In this document: piece by piece, positions 30,290 through 42,799 of the stretch | Position numbering within the stretch: the first letter of the stretch is position 1 | Layout of the letters: each line of letters starts with the position of its first letter | Assembly: GCF_009914755.1 (NCBI RefSeq) | Contig: NC_060929.1 | DNA from: the human T2T-CHM13v2.0 reference genome, Homo sapiens | Reading direction: 5' to 3' (one strand) | Length of the DNA: 64,000 nucleotides | The notes under the pieces: generated by a model | Seen by the model: only the letters and a program-made list of their open reading frames with translations | What the model was told of the DNA's origin: nothing | Databases searched by the model: none | Made by a program: the position numbers and the translations under genes

Positions 30290-31378
30290 TGTTGCAGGAA
30301 GTCAGGGACCCCGAACAGAGGGACCTGCTGAAGCTGTGACAGAAGAACATAAATTGTGAAGATTTCATGGACATTTGTTAGTTCTCCAAATTAATACTTT
30401 TATAATTTCTCACACCTGTCTTTACTGCAATCTCTGAACATAAATTATAAAGATTTCATTGACATCTTATCATTTCCCCAATCAATACCCTTATAATTTC
30501 CTATGCCTGTCTTTACTTTAATCTCTTAATCCCGTCACCTTCATAAGCTGAGGATGTATGTCACCTCAAAACCCTGTGATTATTGCATTAACTGCACAAA
30601 TTTTTCGTAAAGCCTGTGTTTTTGAACAATATGAAATCTGGGCACCTTGAAAAAAGAACAGAATAATAGCAATGTTCAGGGAACAAGGGAGATAACCATT
30701 AGGTTTGACTGCCTGGGAGCTAGGCAGGACACAGCCATATTTCCCTTATTACTGAAAATGGGTAAGAGAAATATCACTGAATTCTTTCCCCAGTAAGGAA
30801 TATTAATAATTAACAGCCCTGGGAAAAGAATGCATTCCCAGGGGAGGCCTCTAAAATGGCCACTCTGAGGGTATCTGCCTTATGCAGTTGCAGATAAGGG
30901 ATGAAACATGCCCTGGCCTCCTGCAGCGCCCCCAGGCTTGCTAGGATTAGGAAATTCCAGCCTGGAGAATTCTAGTCAGACCAGTTCTCTGCTCTTGAAC
31001 CCTGTTAAGATGTTTATCAATGACAATGCGTGCACAGCAGGACACGGAACTTCATTAGTAATTCTAGTTTTGCCCTGACCTTGTGATCTTGCCCTGACCT
31101 TCTGCCTTGTGACCTTTTGTTGCTCTTGAAGCATGTGATCTCTGTGACCCATACCCTATTCATACACTCCCTCCCCTTTGAAAATTGCTAGTAAAAACTT
31201 GCTACTTTTACAACTCTGGGGCATCACAGAACCTGCTGACATGTGATGTCTCCCCCAGACACCCAGCTTTAAAATTTCTCTCTTTTGTACTCTTTCCCTT
31301 TATTTCTCAGAGCGGCCGACACTTATGGAAAATAGAAAAGAACCTATGTTGAAATATTGGGGACTGGTTCCCCCGATA
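30290..31378 (+). mobile_element. MER11 (ERVK-class) solo LTR, ~1.09 kb
   Basis: tgttgcaggaagtcagggaccccgaac start, ...ggttcccccgata end, perfect 6-bp TSD gtggtt (30284-30289, 31379-31384). Confidence 0.95.
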
Positions 31379-32277
31379 GTGGTTGGATGTTTACTGACAC
31401 TACTCTTTTGGTTTGTGGAATTAGCTCTATGGCTGTATGTTATATTTGGGGGAACCCTATCAGGTTGCCTGCTTTAAATATCAACCTTACCACTGGCATG
31501 TCAACATTATTACTTATTTCCTTTGGATGTTGGGGTGCTAGGTGCCTTCTCATCTTCAGCATTTTCTTAAATGTAAATATCTCTGCTGGCATGTTGTATT
31601 ATTTCAGGCTAACACCTTAGCCAATGTTATAGACAGAAAATAAAAGCAGAACAGGACCCAGGAATAATGGAAGGGATCAGAGGAAGGAGGAGGACTATAA
31701 GAAAATTAGGAAGAAAAGGGAAAGAGGAAGTTCTAGTGGAAGAAATGAAAAAAGGCAAAACAAGCTTTACCGATGCAGTACATTTGCCAGGTGCTGAGCA
31801 TCCTTCCAATAGTTACATTTTATTTTAATACTGTGTTGTTCCATTGACATATATGTGCATTTATTTGGTATTTACCAAATCAAACATACATGTGGGATTT
31901 TAAAAAAATAACTTGTCCACTAAAAGTGTAATGAAAGGCCCTCCTCAAACTAGTTGGTCAAAATCCTGGAAAAACACTCATTTTAGACAAGCACTGAATG
32001 GATAAAGGTTTACTGGAAGTAACTGTCATGTTTCAGAAATCATTATTTGAGATACCTGAATTCTAATCAGTCTAAATTAAGCCATATTACATAGCATGTT
32101 CATCATTTAATAAGGCACTACATATGTCACACTGGCTGTTTCCTGCAAATAACTCAAACCATGAAATGCCTACTTATAATATCAAACTTTAACCTTATGG
32201 TACTTTCTCTATATCTAGCATTTAAAAACAATTTTGTTTTAATGTGTTTACAGACATATGGTTGTAACAGACTAACC

Positions 32278-32445
32278 CAGTGGTTTTCAAGGTATGGTTC
32301 CTGGATCAGCTGGGAACTTAATACAAATCAAATGATCAGGCCCCACCCCTGACCCACTGAATTGGAAACTCTAGGGATAGAGCCCTGCATTCTGTGGTTT
32401 AAACCCTCCAAGTGATTCTGATGCACATTAAAGTTTGAGAACCTC
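32278..32445. mobile_element. MER5A MITE
   Basis: cagtggttttcaa...gtgattctgatgcacattaaagtttgagaacc. Confidence 0.85.
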
Positions 32446-33449
32446 CAAGCTGAGTCTGTGGGCTTCAAAGTGAAGTTGTGCAAGATGACCTGAAAGAAAA
32501 TATCGTAACTTTCTTATTACGTACTCCTTTCCTAATTTCTATTTTTTGTATTTAAAAATATGTCTAATAGTTAATATCATTGTATATATATATATATATA
32601 TAATCTATCAACAAGTACATATTGTACACTAGAAGTGCATGCTTAATTTTTTATTTATAGAAATGCATGATATACAAAATTTGAAGACCACTTGTCTCAG
32701 CATAATATTTGAAAGCTCTTATTTTGTAAATCCAACTGAGCCATTAGTCACTAACAATGTCATATATTTGCATTAATAATCTTCTCACTTCTAAAATGCT
32801 TTGCAAATAATTTTCAGTACTCATTTCCACCCTTATGCAGAGAAGTCTCACATTCCCAGTAAAATGATAAGAAGAGGCCATTGCATTGCATCCTGACTCT
32901 TGTCTCTCCTTGGGAAAAAGAGAGAATAATGACAGTCCATGAACAGCACTGATGCCACCTTCCCATTTTTCCCTTAATGCATTCATTTTTGTGTGTGCAG
33001 AAAAGAGCACAAAAAGTTAGAGAGGGTTCTATGCCCAGTTCTTGCCATATCCTTTTCCCATTCTCATTGCTCTGCTTGGATGCTGGGACCCCTGCGGGGC
33101 AAGAGCACCCTGTTCTTGTTTGCAGTTTTCCCCATACCCCCACATACACTAGCTTACACTAGCCTGATGGTCCTCCTGTGCTAGACATGTACACCTCCTT
33201 TGTGTTATGTGTTCCTCTGAGCTAGGCAGAAAATAACATTGTACACTTATTATAGGAAAAGTTGAAGAACTAGGAGTAGGGCCAACTTTTAAGCCACAAT
33301 AATTTAGGGGCTCAACAAAGAAAAAATATAAAATGATTATTTCATTCCTAGCACAATATTTTATAAAATGTATGCTCTCAATAACTATGCCTGGGATGAA
33401 TAAACAAACATATAAATATAGTTCCAGTCCTGAGCACTCTGCCCTGGTA

Positions 33450-33682
33450 ATGGTATGTACCAGCTAAAATCATAAATGTGGGTTTGAGTCCTATCACTGT
33501 GTTTACTCTTTCGATGACCTTCAGCAACTTTCACAACCTCTCTCAAGCCTCATTTCCCTCAATCTGTAAACTGAGGATAGGGATAGCAACTACCTCATAG
33601 ACTCATTGTGAGAATTAAATGGGATGTAAGTGCTTAGCATGGTGTCTGGCACACAGTAAACTCCCAATAAACATTATTATAT
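33450..33682 (+). mobile_element. MIR
   Basis: gcctcatttccctcaatctgtaaactgaggatag...tgtgagaattaaatgg...ggcacacagtaaactcccaataaa. Confidence 0.85.
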
Positions 33683-35340
33683 TTTGCTAATGCTGAATTG
33701 AATGCCAAGAAATAATAAAAGCATGTTCCTAATCTCAAGTTCTTTGTCAGTGAAGCTCACCAAGCTTTTTTCCCTCACTAAATGATCTTACATAATTTAT
33801 GCCACTTTGAAAATCAAAAGTAATGTCTCTATTGGAGAGACTAACCTAAACGTTTGCTAATCACTATCTCCTCCTGCCCATATGTCTGTCTGCCTGAAGA
33901 GCTATTTCCGTTCTTGAGCTAACCATTGGCAGTGGTGCAGAGTCCTTTCATTCTGTTTCACCTAATGGTGCATTATAATTCATCATTAAGAAAGAAAGAA
34001 AAAATTATATGTAGGTCTCCACGGTGGAGCCATTTAGTTGAAAACTTGTTGGCAATAAAATGATACTACATCAAGGAAGGAAATAAAGGACTGCAAGTTT
34101 TCTATCACTATTCAGAAAAATCAATTTGTGTTAGAGGAGACTTTACAATAGGTTATCATCAAATAAAAACAACATAGGATAATAATGGGAGTCTTCATGA
34201 ACTCTTAGGAAAGGACTCCAGAAAATGTAATGCTTTTCTTTTTTTCCCCAATTTCATCCTTTTTTGAATAGCAGGGACTCAATAAATAATATTTGAATCA
34301 GTAAGAAGAAAGCCTGTAACAAAGATATAAGGTTCTCTAGGCATAATGTACAGAATTGCCTCCCTGGAACACATCCTCCATTCATTTCTGCTTGTTATGA
34401 CCTTATATTTTCCATATATTATTTCACTTAAACCTTTTTGACAATGCTATGAAGTGTTATTATACTGATTTGAGGCACTGAGAGATTAAGGAACTTGCCC
34501 AAAATCACACACTTGTAAGTAATGAAATTAAGATAGAAACCCAGGGAGGGCTTTCTGACTCTGGAGCATTTATGCTTCATGTGGAGGCTAGAAGGTGGCC
34601 TTCATGTCAATATTCTTTCCTCTTTTTGAGGAAGTGTGAACTCCCACAGTCAAGTGGACTCTCCTCCCCCAGCACTGTTGTTGCTTTCCTTCACCAGTGT
34701 GAACACTCTGAAGTTACTAGCCTTGTCCCTTTGAAAACAGTACCTGTACCACAGGGACCCAAATCCATGGCCCATCCAGCACAACACCGTTTCCAACAGT
34801 GAAACCAGGTGAGCTGGTGGGTGAGCAGGACTGGGCATCTTCCACACCGTCAGCCTTGAAAGTTCAGTTTGATCCATTTCAACAAACATGGATGGAGAGC
34901 CTTTAATGAGCCAGGCAGTAAGCTAGGTGCTAGGGAAAGCCAGATAATGAGTAAAACTTCCTGTTCCTAGGGATATTGTAACCTAAGGATCTGTATCTGA
35001 TAGAAAACACATTTTCTAAGAATGTTGCCCCTCCCTCTCACACTCCCTTCCTGTCTCCCCAGCTGCTCCTTTTTCCTGCTTGCACCCTCTCCCTGGATCC
35101 TGATGAAAAGTCACTTTGGAAGTCTAGCATTGGCACACCTGTGATTTTAAATCTAGGATGATACATTCCTTGATTACTTTAAAGGGTAGAAAGGGAAAGT
35201 AGGGTTAACTACTCAAAACCCTAGTGTATTATAGATAAAGATCTCTCATTTATGAATTAATCTTTGAACGCATTTATACTTTGAGCCTGGACAATCTGGT
35301 ATGGTTTCTTAAATTCATCAACTGCTTTTTCAAATAGCAA

Positions 35341-35793
35341 TGTTATGAATTGAATTGTATGTCCCCCAAATTCATATGTTGAAGTCTTAGCCCTTATTTG
35401 GAATGTGACCTTATTTGGAAATAAGGTCATTGCTGATATAATTTGTTAAGATGAAATCTTACTGGAGTAGAGTGGGCCTCTAATCCATCATGACTGATAT
35501 CCTTATCAAAAAGGGAAATGTGGACATGCACACACAGAGAAAGCTCTGTGTAGGTGAAAGCAGAGGTTAGGATGATGCTTTTATAAGCCAGAGAACTTCA
35601 GTGATTGCCAGAAAACTAACAGATGCTAGGTAGAAGCACAGAGCAGTTTCTTCCTCACAGCCCTCAGTAGGAGCCAACCCTGCTGACACCTTCATCTTGA
35701 ACTTCCAGCCTCCAGAGCTGTGAGACAGTATATTTCTGATTAAGCCACCTAGTTTGTGGTAATTTGTCATGGCAGCCCTAGCAAGCTAATACA
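35341..35793 (+). mobile_element. MLT1C-like MaLR solo LTR
   Basis: tgttatgaattgaattgt...tgtgaccttatttggaaataagg...ggcagccctagcaagctaataca. Confidence 0.9.
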
Positions 35794-38270
35794 CAATACG
35801 ATTACTTTCTTCTAAGTGTGTTTATTTTGAAACTAAAAGGAATTCTTGGAGTTTCAAAAATAAGTCTGTCGTGTTTCTTTGACATCCTTCAAGATAATAT
35901 TAACTTGGATTTTAGGGCTTCACAGCCTGTGTCTTTTTAGTCTAAACATTTCTGCACTTCTTTTATTTGTAATTGTGTGTTTTTCTCCCATTTTTTCCTT
36001 CACAGAGAAGTCCATCAATGCACTTCACCTGAAGGGTATTAAACATCAGCTTCACTGTTGTGTTAGTGTTAGCATCACTCTCTAGTCAAAAGAGTTAACT
36101 CCCTATCTCTTAACATTGAATAGGAGAATTAAGTTAGCCAAGATTGAAGTGGTTATTTTAAAGCAAATGACCTAGAAAAAACTTCAGTCATCTAGTCTAC
36201 AATGCTACCATACTCTTAATACAGTTCCATATACCACCCTGCCACTGGTCATGTTCTGCCTCACTCTGCCCACAAACACTGCAGTTAATTCAGTAACTGC
36301 CATTGGGGAAGTATTTCCAAAGTTCTATTTTTAGAGGAACTGAAGCCAACTATACAGTTTCAAGGATCTTTGCTGGTTTTCTTTAATATGCTTCTTGGTT
36401 AAGTGATAAACTGAATTTTTGCTTCTTGGAATAAGATCAGAAGGCTTATTTTGCTATATTTCAAATATGTGGCTTATTTCATGATTTGGGCTCTTGTTTG
36501 TTGAAGAACTTTTGAAGCTTTGTAATAATTATTTTCAGTTATAATTCACGATTTATGAGAAGGGTACAGATTGTGATGAACTTTTTATACACCCTTAAGT
36601 AATTAACAAGTCTTAATCTCCAATTTTATGTTTCATATCAAAGAAAGCGTTTTTATTGAGGAAATTCTACTCCACTAAAATTGATGCAAGCATTTGCTGC
36701 CTGCAGACTTACCTCCTAAAATGTGGTTGTTTGGTAAGCTCACTTTGCAGACTGTTATATATCCTAATTCCTTGCGCTGTAAGCCAGCACTAGCAAATCT
36801 AGATACAGCAGAAGCCACGCTGATACAGTCAATATGTGAAGCAGTCTGGGCGGGGGTCTCTGGAGAACTGGGGAGCTTCTGCTTGTCTAAAAGGGTGGCT
36901 ATTCCTCAGAAACAGTTAAGTGCTGCCACTCCAGAGCAGGCCTGTTGCCATCATCTTCTGACATTAAGAAACACAGGAAATCCAGATTGTTGTGTGAATT
37001 CATGAACAAAAGATTGACCACTGCAAGCCAAATGAAACAAGTTTGTGGCCACATTTGGACCACATGCCACTAGTATGCAATCTCTGCATCAAACTATTAT
37101 GAGTAAAGAAGAAACTTGGACAAGCATCTGAATGCATTAATCTTTTTCCGTACATAACCATACTGGAGACTTTATTATGAATAACTTCACTCATCACAAC
37201 AACACTATCAGCTAGGCACTGTTATCCTCAATTTATAGATAAGAAAACTAAGACTCAGGAGGCTAATTCACTTAGAAAGGGTAAGCTAATAGGTGGTATG
37301 TTGTTAGGTAAAAAAGTGAACTCCAGTGTAATACATATATTATATGCTGCTTACTTGCTCTCTCTTTCTCTCTCTATATACACATATATATTTGCCTGTG
37401 TATATGTATATTCATATACTTATTTTTTAATCTGCAAGGAAATATACAAAAATGTTAGGATGTTTACTTCTGGCATAAATCATCTTTTCCCCTTTCTACG
37501 TATCTGCATAAAAGTTCTGTTTATACGTATTATTTTTTATAAAATAGTTTTTTTTAAAAAAAAGAAGGCTTCAGGAAAATAAACCCTCAAGAAGCCAATC
37601 TCTAGTGATGAAATGGAACTGATGAGGTAGAACCAGCACCGTAACCCCAGCCTTCCAACTTCTCACACCACATAGGCACTGCTTTTTAAGCCACCTTGGA
37701 ATTGTTTTATTTCGTAGGTACCAGACAACATGTTAAGGGTTGGGGATTACAGAGATACATAAGATAAACTTTTTTTTAACTCAAAGAGTTTACAGTCCAG
37801 TGAAGAAACTCATGGTGGAAGATGATATTTTCCATGTATATAGATACTGGCCTCTTCTGTTTGCATAAAGCATGGGCCTTTTTGTAGAAAATAGATTTTA
37901 CATCTGTCTAGATATATACATCTCATATTGGCATGAAGTGTCATTTTTGACAATTATGCAAAAAAATGGAAATTATCATTGCATGCCAGTGAAAAGACAA
38001 TAACACTCCAGGATCCAATTAGATATAATGTGTACAGAATCCCCAGTGTTGGGTAGGAGTCTGAAGCTGAAAAAGACTGCAAAAGGCTGGGGAAGAAAGC
38101 TCTAACTATCCTCTAAATTCATCATATCAACTAAAGCATGAAACAGAGCTAAGCTGGCAGCCCTGGGTCTCTGGCACATAGTAGAAGCTCTCTGTTTTTG
38201 CTATTATTATTATTAGTATGATAAACAGATGCCAACTTACTACCCTCTTCCTAAACCCTCCTCAAAGAGC

Positions 38271-38872
38271 TGTTGACAGCTGATGTGATACCCTGGTTCT
38301 TGTTTTCTTAGTTTAAAATAATTTAAACGAGGGGCACACAGCAAGGGAAATGCAGCATAGAGTAATTTATTGCAAAAGAAAAAGAACATCTTGTAAGTTA
38401 GGTGCAGAATAGACAGTACACCCTGAGAGAGAGAGAATTCAGGGCAGGCTGCTTGTAAAAGCGAGACAGCAAAGACTGGCACTAGGGAGACTGCTTTACA
38501 GGAGTCTTACATGATTATTCATTAGGAGGTGGGATGAGATGTTACTAGTAAGCATGTTCTGGGTGGTCCTCTGGGTGCACATGCACAGCAGCTATACATG
38601 CTTGTTCATACGTTGCATGTCTCATTAGCATCTTAAATCTCCACCCAGGGGAGGTTTTCTTTACTATTAAAATGAGCAAAAGGTCAGTTTGAGGACAAGT
38701 AAAATTGAAGTCTACATGCTCTCAGTAGGGGAAATTCCCTACTCAAGATAGCTTTGCTTGAATGAGCTCAATTACAGTGGGAATGCTGGGGTTTATTGTG
38801 TAGACTGTATGGTCACCACGGTTGCTGGGTTCTGAGAACATGGTCACTGCCTTTGCTACCTATCCTGCTTCA
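38271..38872 (-). mobile_element. ERV1-class solo LTR (LTR9/MER61-type), 602 bp
   Basis: TG...CA ends, minus-strand start tgaagcaggataggtagcaaagg, perfect 4-bp TSD gagc (38267-38270, 38873-38876). Confidence 0.9.
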
Positions 38873-38996
38873 GAGCCTTTCAAGTCTAATCCTTTTGTGA
38901 GTCTAAAAACTGGGATTTCAGGCCTGTGTGGTCCATGTTTGGGGGCCCTTATGGTCTTTCTGTCACCCTGTGGCCCATCGCTTTAGATAAACTGTC

Positions 38997-39216
38997 TCAA
39001 GCAAAGCTATCTTCAGTAGGGAATTTCCCCTACTGAGAACAGATACACTTTAATTTTACCTGTCCTCAAACGGACCTTTTGCTCATTTTCATAGTAAAAA
39101 TAAACCTCCCCTGGGTGGAGATTTAAGATGCTAATGAGACATGCAACGTATGAACAAGCATGCACAGCTACTGCGCATGTGCACCCAGAGGACCACCCAG
39201 AACATTCTTATTAGTA
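38997..39216 (+). repeat. Inverted partial copy of the adjacent LTR (38544-38761)
   Basis: Reverse-complement alignment, roughly 92% identical by eye; no LTR termini. Confidence 0.93.
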
Positions 39217-39480
39217 TGTAGTGTGGACCACTAATGCGGTCCATGTTTGGGGGCCCTTATTGTCTTTCTGTCACCCTGTGGGCAATCACTTTAGATAAAC
39301 AGCCTCTCACATGGAAGAGGAGTCCGTTTGGAACTGGCAAACACATGGATTCAACAATCGGGTATTCTATAACTATACAACTTGTCATAATTAATTATTA
39401 AAGTATTGATCAACATGTTGTGCTGTTACAGTTAAATGAGATGATAGAATAATGTCTTCTTTAAATTAAAATCTCTCTTT

Positions 39481-39627
39481 TGTAAATCCTCAGTCATCAA
39501 GCAAATACCCACTCCCTAGATTCTACAATTAACATTTTACGATACTTGCTTTATTACATATCTACCTGTCTGTTTATCCCTCTGTCCAGCCAGCAATCCA
39601 TATTATTTTTCTCAAGTTTCAGACATC
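39481..39627 (+). repeat. Direct duplicate of 42775-42917
   Basis: tgtaaatcctcagtcatcaa...cagacatc in both; about 9 substitutions and one 4-bp indel. Confidence 0.93.
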
Positions 39628-41062
39628 GGGATCAATTGAATAATTTAAACATAGTCAGCCCAGTTACCTCAGGTTGTTTTAAAGCTGTGTCATTGTTTTT
39701 GGCAATATTGATTCCATAAAACCTGTAGCTTTATTGAAGAGAAATAACAGCATCACTAACTTAATGACATAATTAAGAATGAAAAGCTAAATACTATTTA
39801 AATAAGTCAACAGTTTAATGTATTGACCCCTAAAATTCCAGTGGGTAAATGCAGGAATTAACTGCATACTGCAATGAATGACCCATACTTTCGATATAAT
39901 GAAAATTAACAAGTTGATTTCTTTCCAGTATAACACATGATAATTGAATGATAATTGACCTTTGAAGAGCATTGATATCAGGTGAAAATAGTAAGCATCA
40001 GAGGCTGAAAATCTTGATTTTAGATGCAAAAATATTTTGCAGATTAAAATGTGGAAACCTGTATGTTTCTTTAATTCAAGTATATGTAGCTCTCTTTTAA
40101 AATAATATATAGATATAAATAGTTTTAAAATACATATATATATCTTTACATACAAATATATTTAAATAAATACCTTTAAAAATAAACTAATCCTAGCTAT
40201 ATTCGTGGAGAAGGGCTGTGTTCTAGCCATGTAATCCATGGTACTGATTTTCATCCCAGCAGAGACTGAAGAATTCAGCACTCAGACTCTATCAGTCGCA
40301 GGCCTGTCTCTGCTAGCTCTGAGAATCACAAGACCTTATAAGACTAAGACCTAAAGAGCTGTTTGCCCAACCGGAAACCATAAAGAGGACAACATTAAGA
40401 GAATCAAAGGGAAAAATGGAGAGGCCAAGAGACTCTCAAGCCAAAAAGTGTAGGAAGGTGGAGGAAGAGGCCAAGACAGAATAATAAAGACATTTTATTT
40501 TAAAGATTTAAGAAATGGTGCCTTGTACATATTAGTTTTCTCCTTGCCAATAAGCATGAGTTCTTGGAGTGATACTCCTGTCATGAAAACACAAAGTCAT
40601 GATGTTATCAACCATTAACTCCTTCAACCACCAATGCCCTGAGAAATGCCTAGACCGCCCCTTCAGAATTGCCCCAAATGTCACCGCTTATTCCCAACTT
40701 TCCCCAGTATTGCGTTAAACAGTTACATTTAAGATGAATAAAAGATGACTTACAATTTAATAGTAGTATTTTTAGTCTTATTTCATTATAAGCATCGAAG
40801 GTCAGGGAACTGATGGTTATTGATTTTTTTTTTTTTTAGTGTTTAAATGTTTAAATATAGTTTTTACTTTTTAAATGAAAAAAAAAAGTGACTAAAGTGC
40901 TTAGTAATGCTACCCATTATTTATCAACTCTCCCAACCGGGTCATGGGAAATGGCAAAGGTGCTGGTCGAAGGCAAGCAAGGGACGCAAGGGACAACACG
41001 GAGATGGTCACCGGAATATCGCTAGAAACTGTAAAAGGTGCTGGCCCCTCTGAGGCCTGTTG

Positions 41063-41075
41063 CTTTATATATAGG
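41063..41075 (-). promoter_or_regulatory. Candidate TATA box (cctatatataaag) of an antisense promoter
   Basis: TATAWAWR match with GC-rich flanks, CA dinucleotide ~30 nt downstream (41043-41042), CpG-enriched downstream segment. Motif-level evidence only. Confidence 0.3.
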
Positions 41076-42799
41076 TCCCCAAAGTAGCCACCAAAAGAAA
41101 ATTCCATTGCACTTCAGGTTCCCCTTTACTTTCAAAAGTCAAGTTTTATTTCTGACTGAACCTGAATAGCTCCAGGGCAGAGTTTGATCTCAGCTCATGT
41201 TCAATGGTGAGGAAGTCACAGAGCCAGCCATATGTTCCCATGAAACAACATGCTGTGAGGAGAGGGGAATTACTGCAATTATTCTTCAAAGGCTCCTGGT
41301 GGAATCACACTTGCTAAGGCTCTCTATGAACAAAAAAAAACAACAACACACGTTTCCACCTAAAGCACAAGTTTCATAAAAACTCACTGGAGCATTTTTC
41401 TCCATCAGAAAAATGGAGACAAGACTCAACTATAATATGTATAGGTGCCTTGAAAAATGTCTTATTTCTATTTTTCTGATTAACTGGGCTTCTTTTTTTT
41501 TAATTGTAGTACTCATTTTGGTATGAAATAGTGTAGTTGTTCAGTAGGTATCTGGCATCTGTTCTGTATTTATGAGAGTCTGTAATTACCTTTAAGAATT
41601 TGAAACCAAAATTAATAACTGGGTTTACACACACATTTGTATCTTCCCTGCCCCCAACTATCCAATGATTACGTAGATGTATGGGACCACCTTAAGAAAG
41701 CTCCCTCACTGAAGTCTTATGAAGACTAAGCTCTGAAGCTGTCACTGAGGTTGGCACTGAATTAGGGTGTATCCTTGTAAATGGAATCCATTTGAGAGGA
41801 ACCAGTGGGGATATTTGAAGAGAGGTCCTGGAGCTCACTCTCCTTGGAGAAGTCATTTAATCCCTTTTCTTCCTATTTGCTCTAAAAAATAAAGCAAATG
41901 ATACCATCCCCTTCCCTCATCCTGTTTTGGCTTCCTGGGTCTTTCCTTGCCACTTGGCATAATAGCCAACAACAGAATTGATTCCAAAAAGAGAAACTTA
42001 GATATATTTGTTGTGACAGGAGTTCTGTTTCCATTTCTGCTAGCTGACAAACCCCGAGTGTTTATCTGTCATCACTAAATTATGTAAAATGCTGAGTGAT
42101 TGTCAATGAGGTCACACTTTTTTTTCCTCAGCCTAATGGCATATTTATTTAAGCAAAGTCCATATTAGGGAACTGTAAAGCAAATACAGACTTTTATAGA
42201 ATAGCAGATAATTATAAGTAAAGACTATATTCAAGCAGAAGGCTAAGTAAACACAAGTTTGATATGCTAAAAGGGATTGCAGCCAACTTCTTACCATCCT
42301 TTGCCTTTTATACTTGCTTTCCCACACATGATTTCATTTGATCCTTGCAGCAACCTTGAGATACTTCATATAGGTGTTATTCCAATTTTACAGCTGAGGA
42401 AACTGAGTCTCGGAGAAGTTAGTTTTCCTAAGATTGCAATTCTAAGGAGCAAACCTATATTTAAATCTAAGTTTTCTAACTCCAAGATTCAATTTTCCTT
42501 TCATTATGTCTCACTCCATTCAACTAAATACATAAATCATTACATTAGGGACAGACCATTAAAATAACAAACATTTTGCTGTTTTTTTAAAAAGCTATTA
42601 GCAGCTACACAGGTCTCCAAAGTCTGGCAACCTCAGCAAAAGTGCAGACAGATGCAGGGCCAAGACATTTCGTAACTAAAATCCCCAGTGTGTTAACTCC
42701 TAAACTTGACCTTACCAATTATAAAACCTCCCAGTGGTTTTGATTAATTTATCCCATGTAATTATTTAGGGAAATGTAAATCCTCAGTCATCAAATAAA

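Noticed and set aside
30345-30530. Tandem ~90-bp repeat (gaacataaatt...atttcat...tataatttc...cctgtctttact)
   Set aside because: As far as I recall this is intrinsic to MER11 LTRs, not a locus-specific event.
39787-40155. 122-aa minus ORF and possible exon 40058-39889
   Set aside because: Low-complexity AT-rich translation, acceptor lacks a pyrimidine tract, no recognisable homology.
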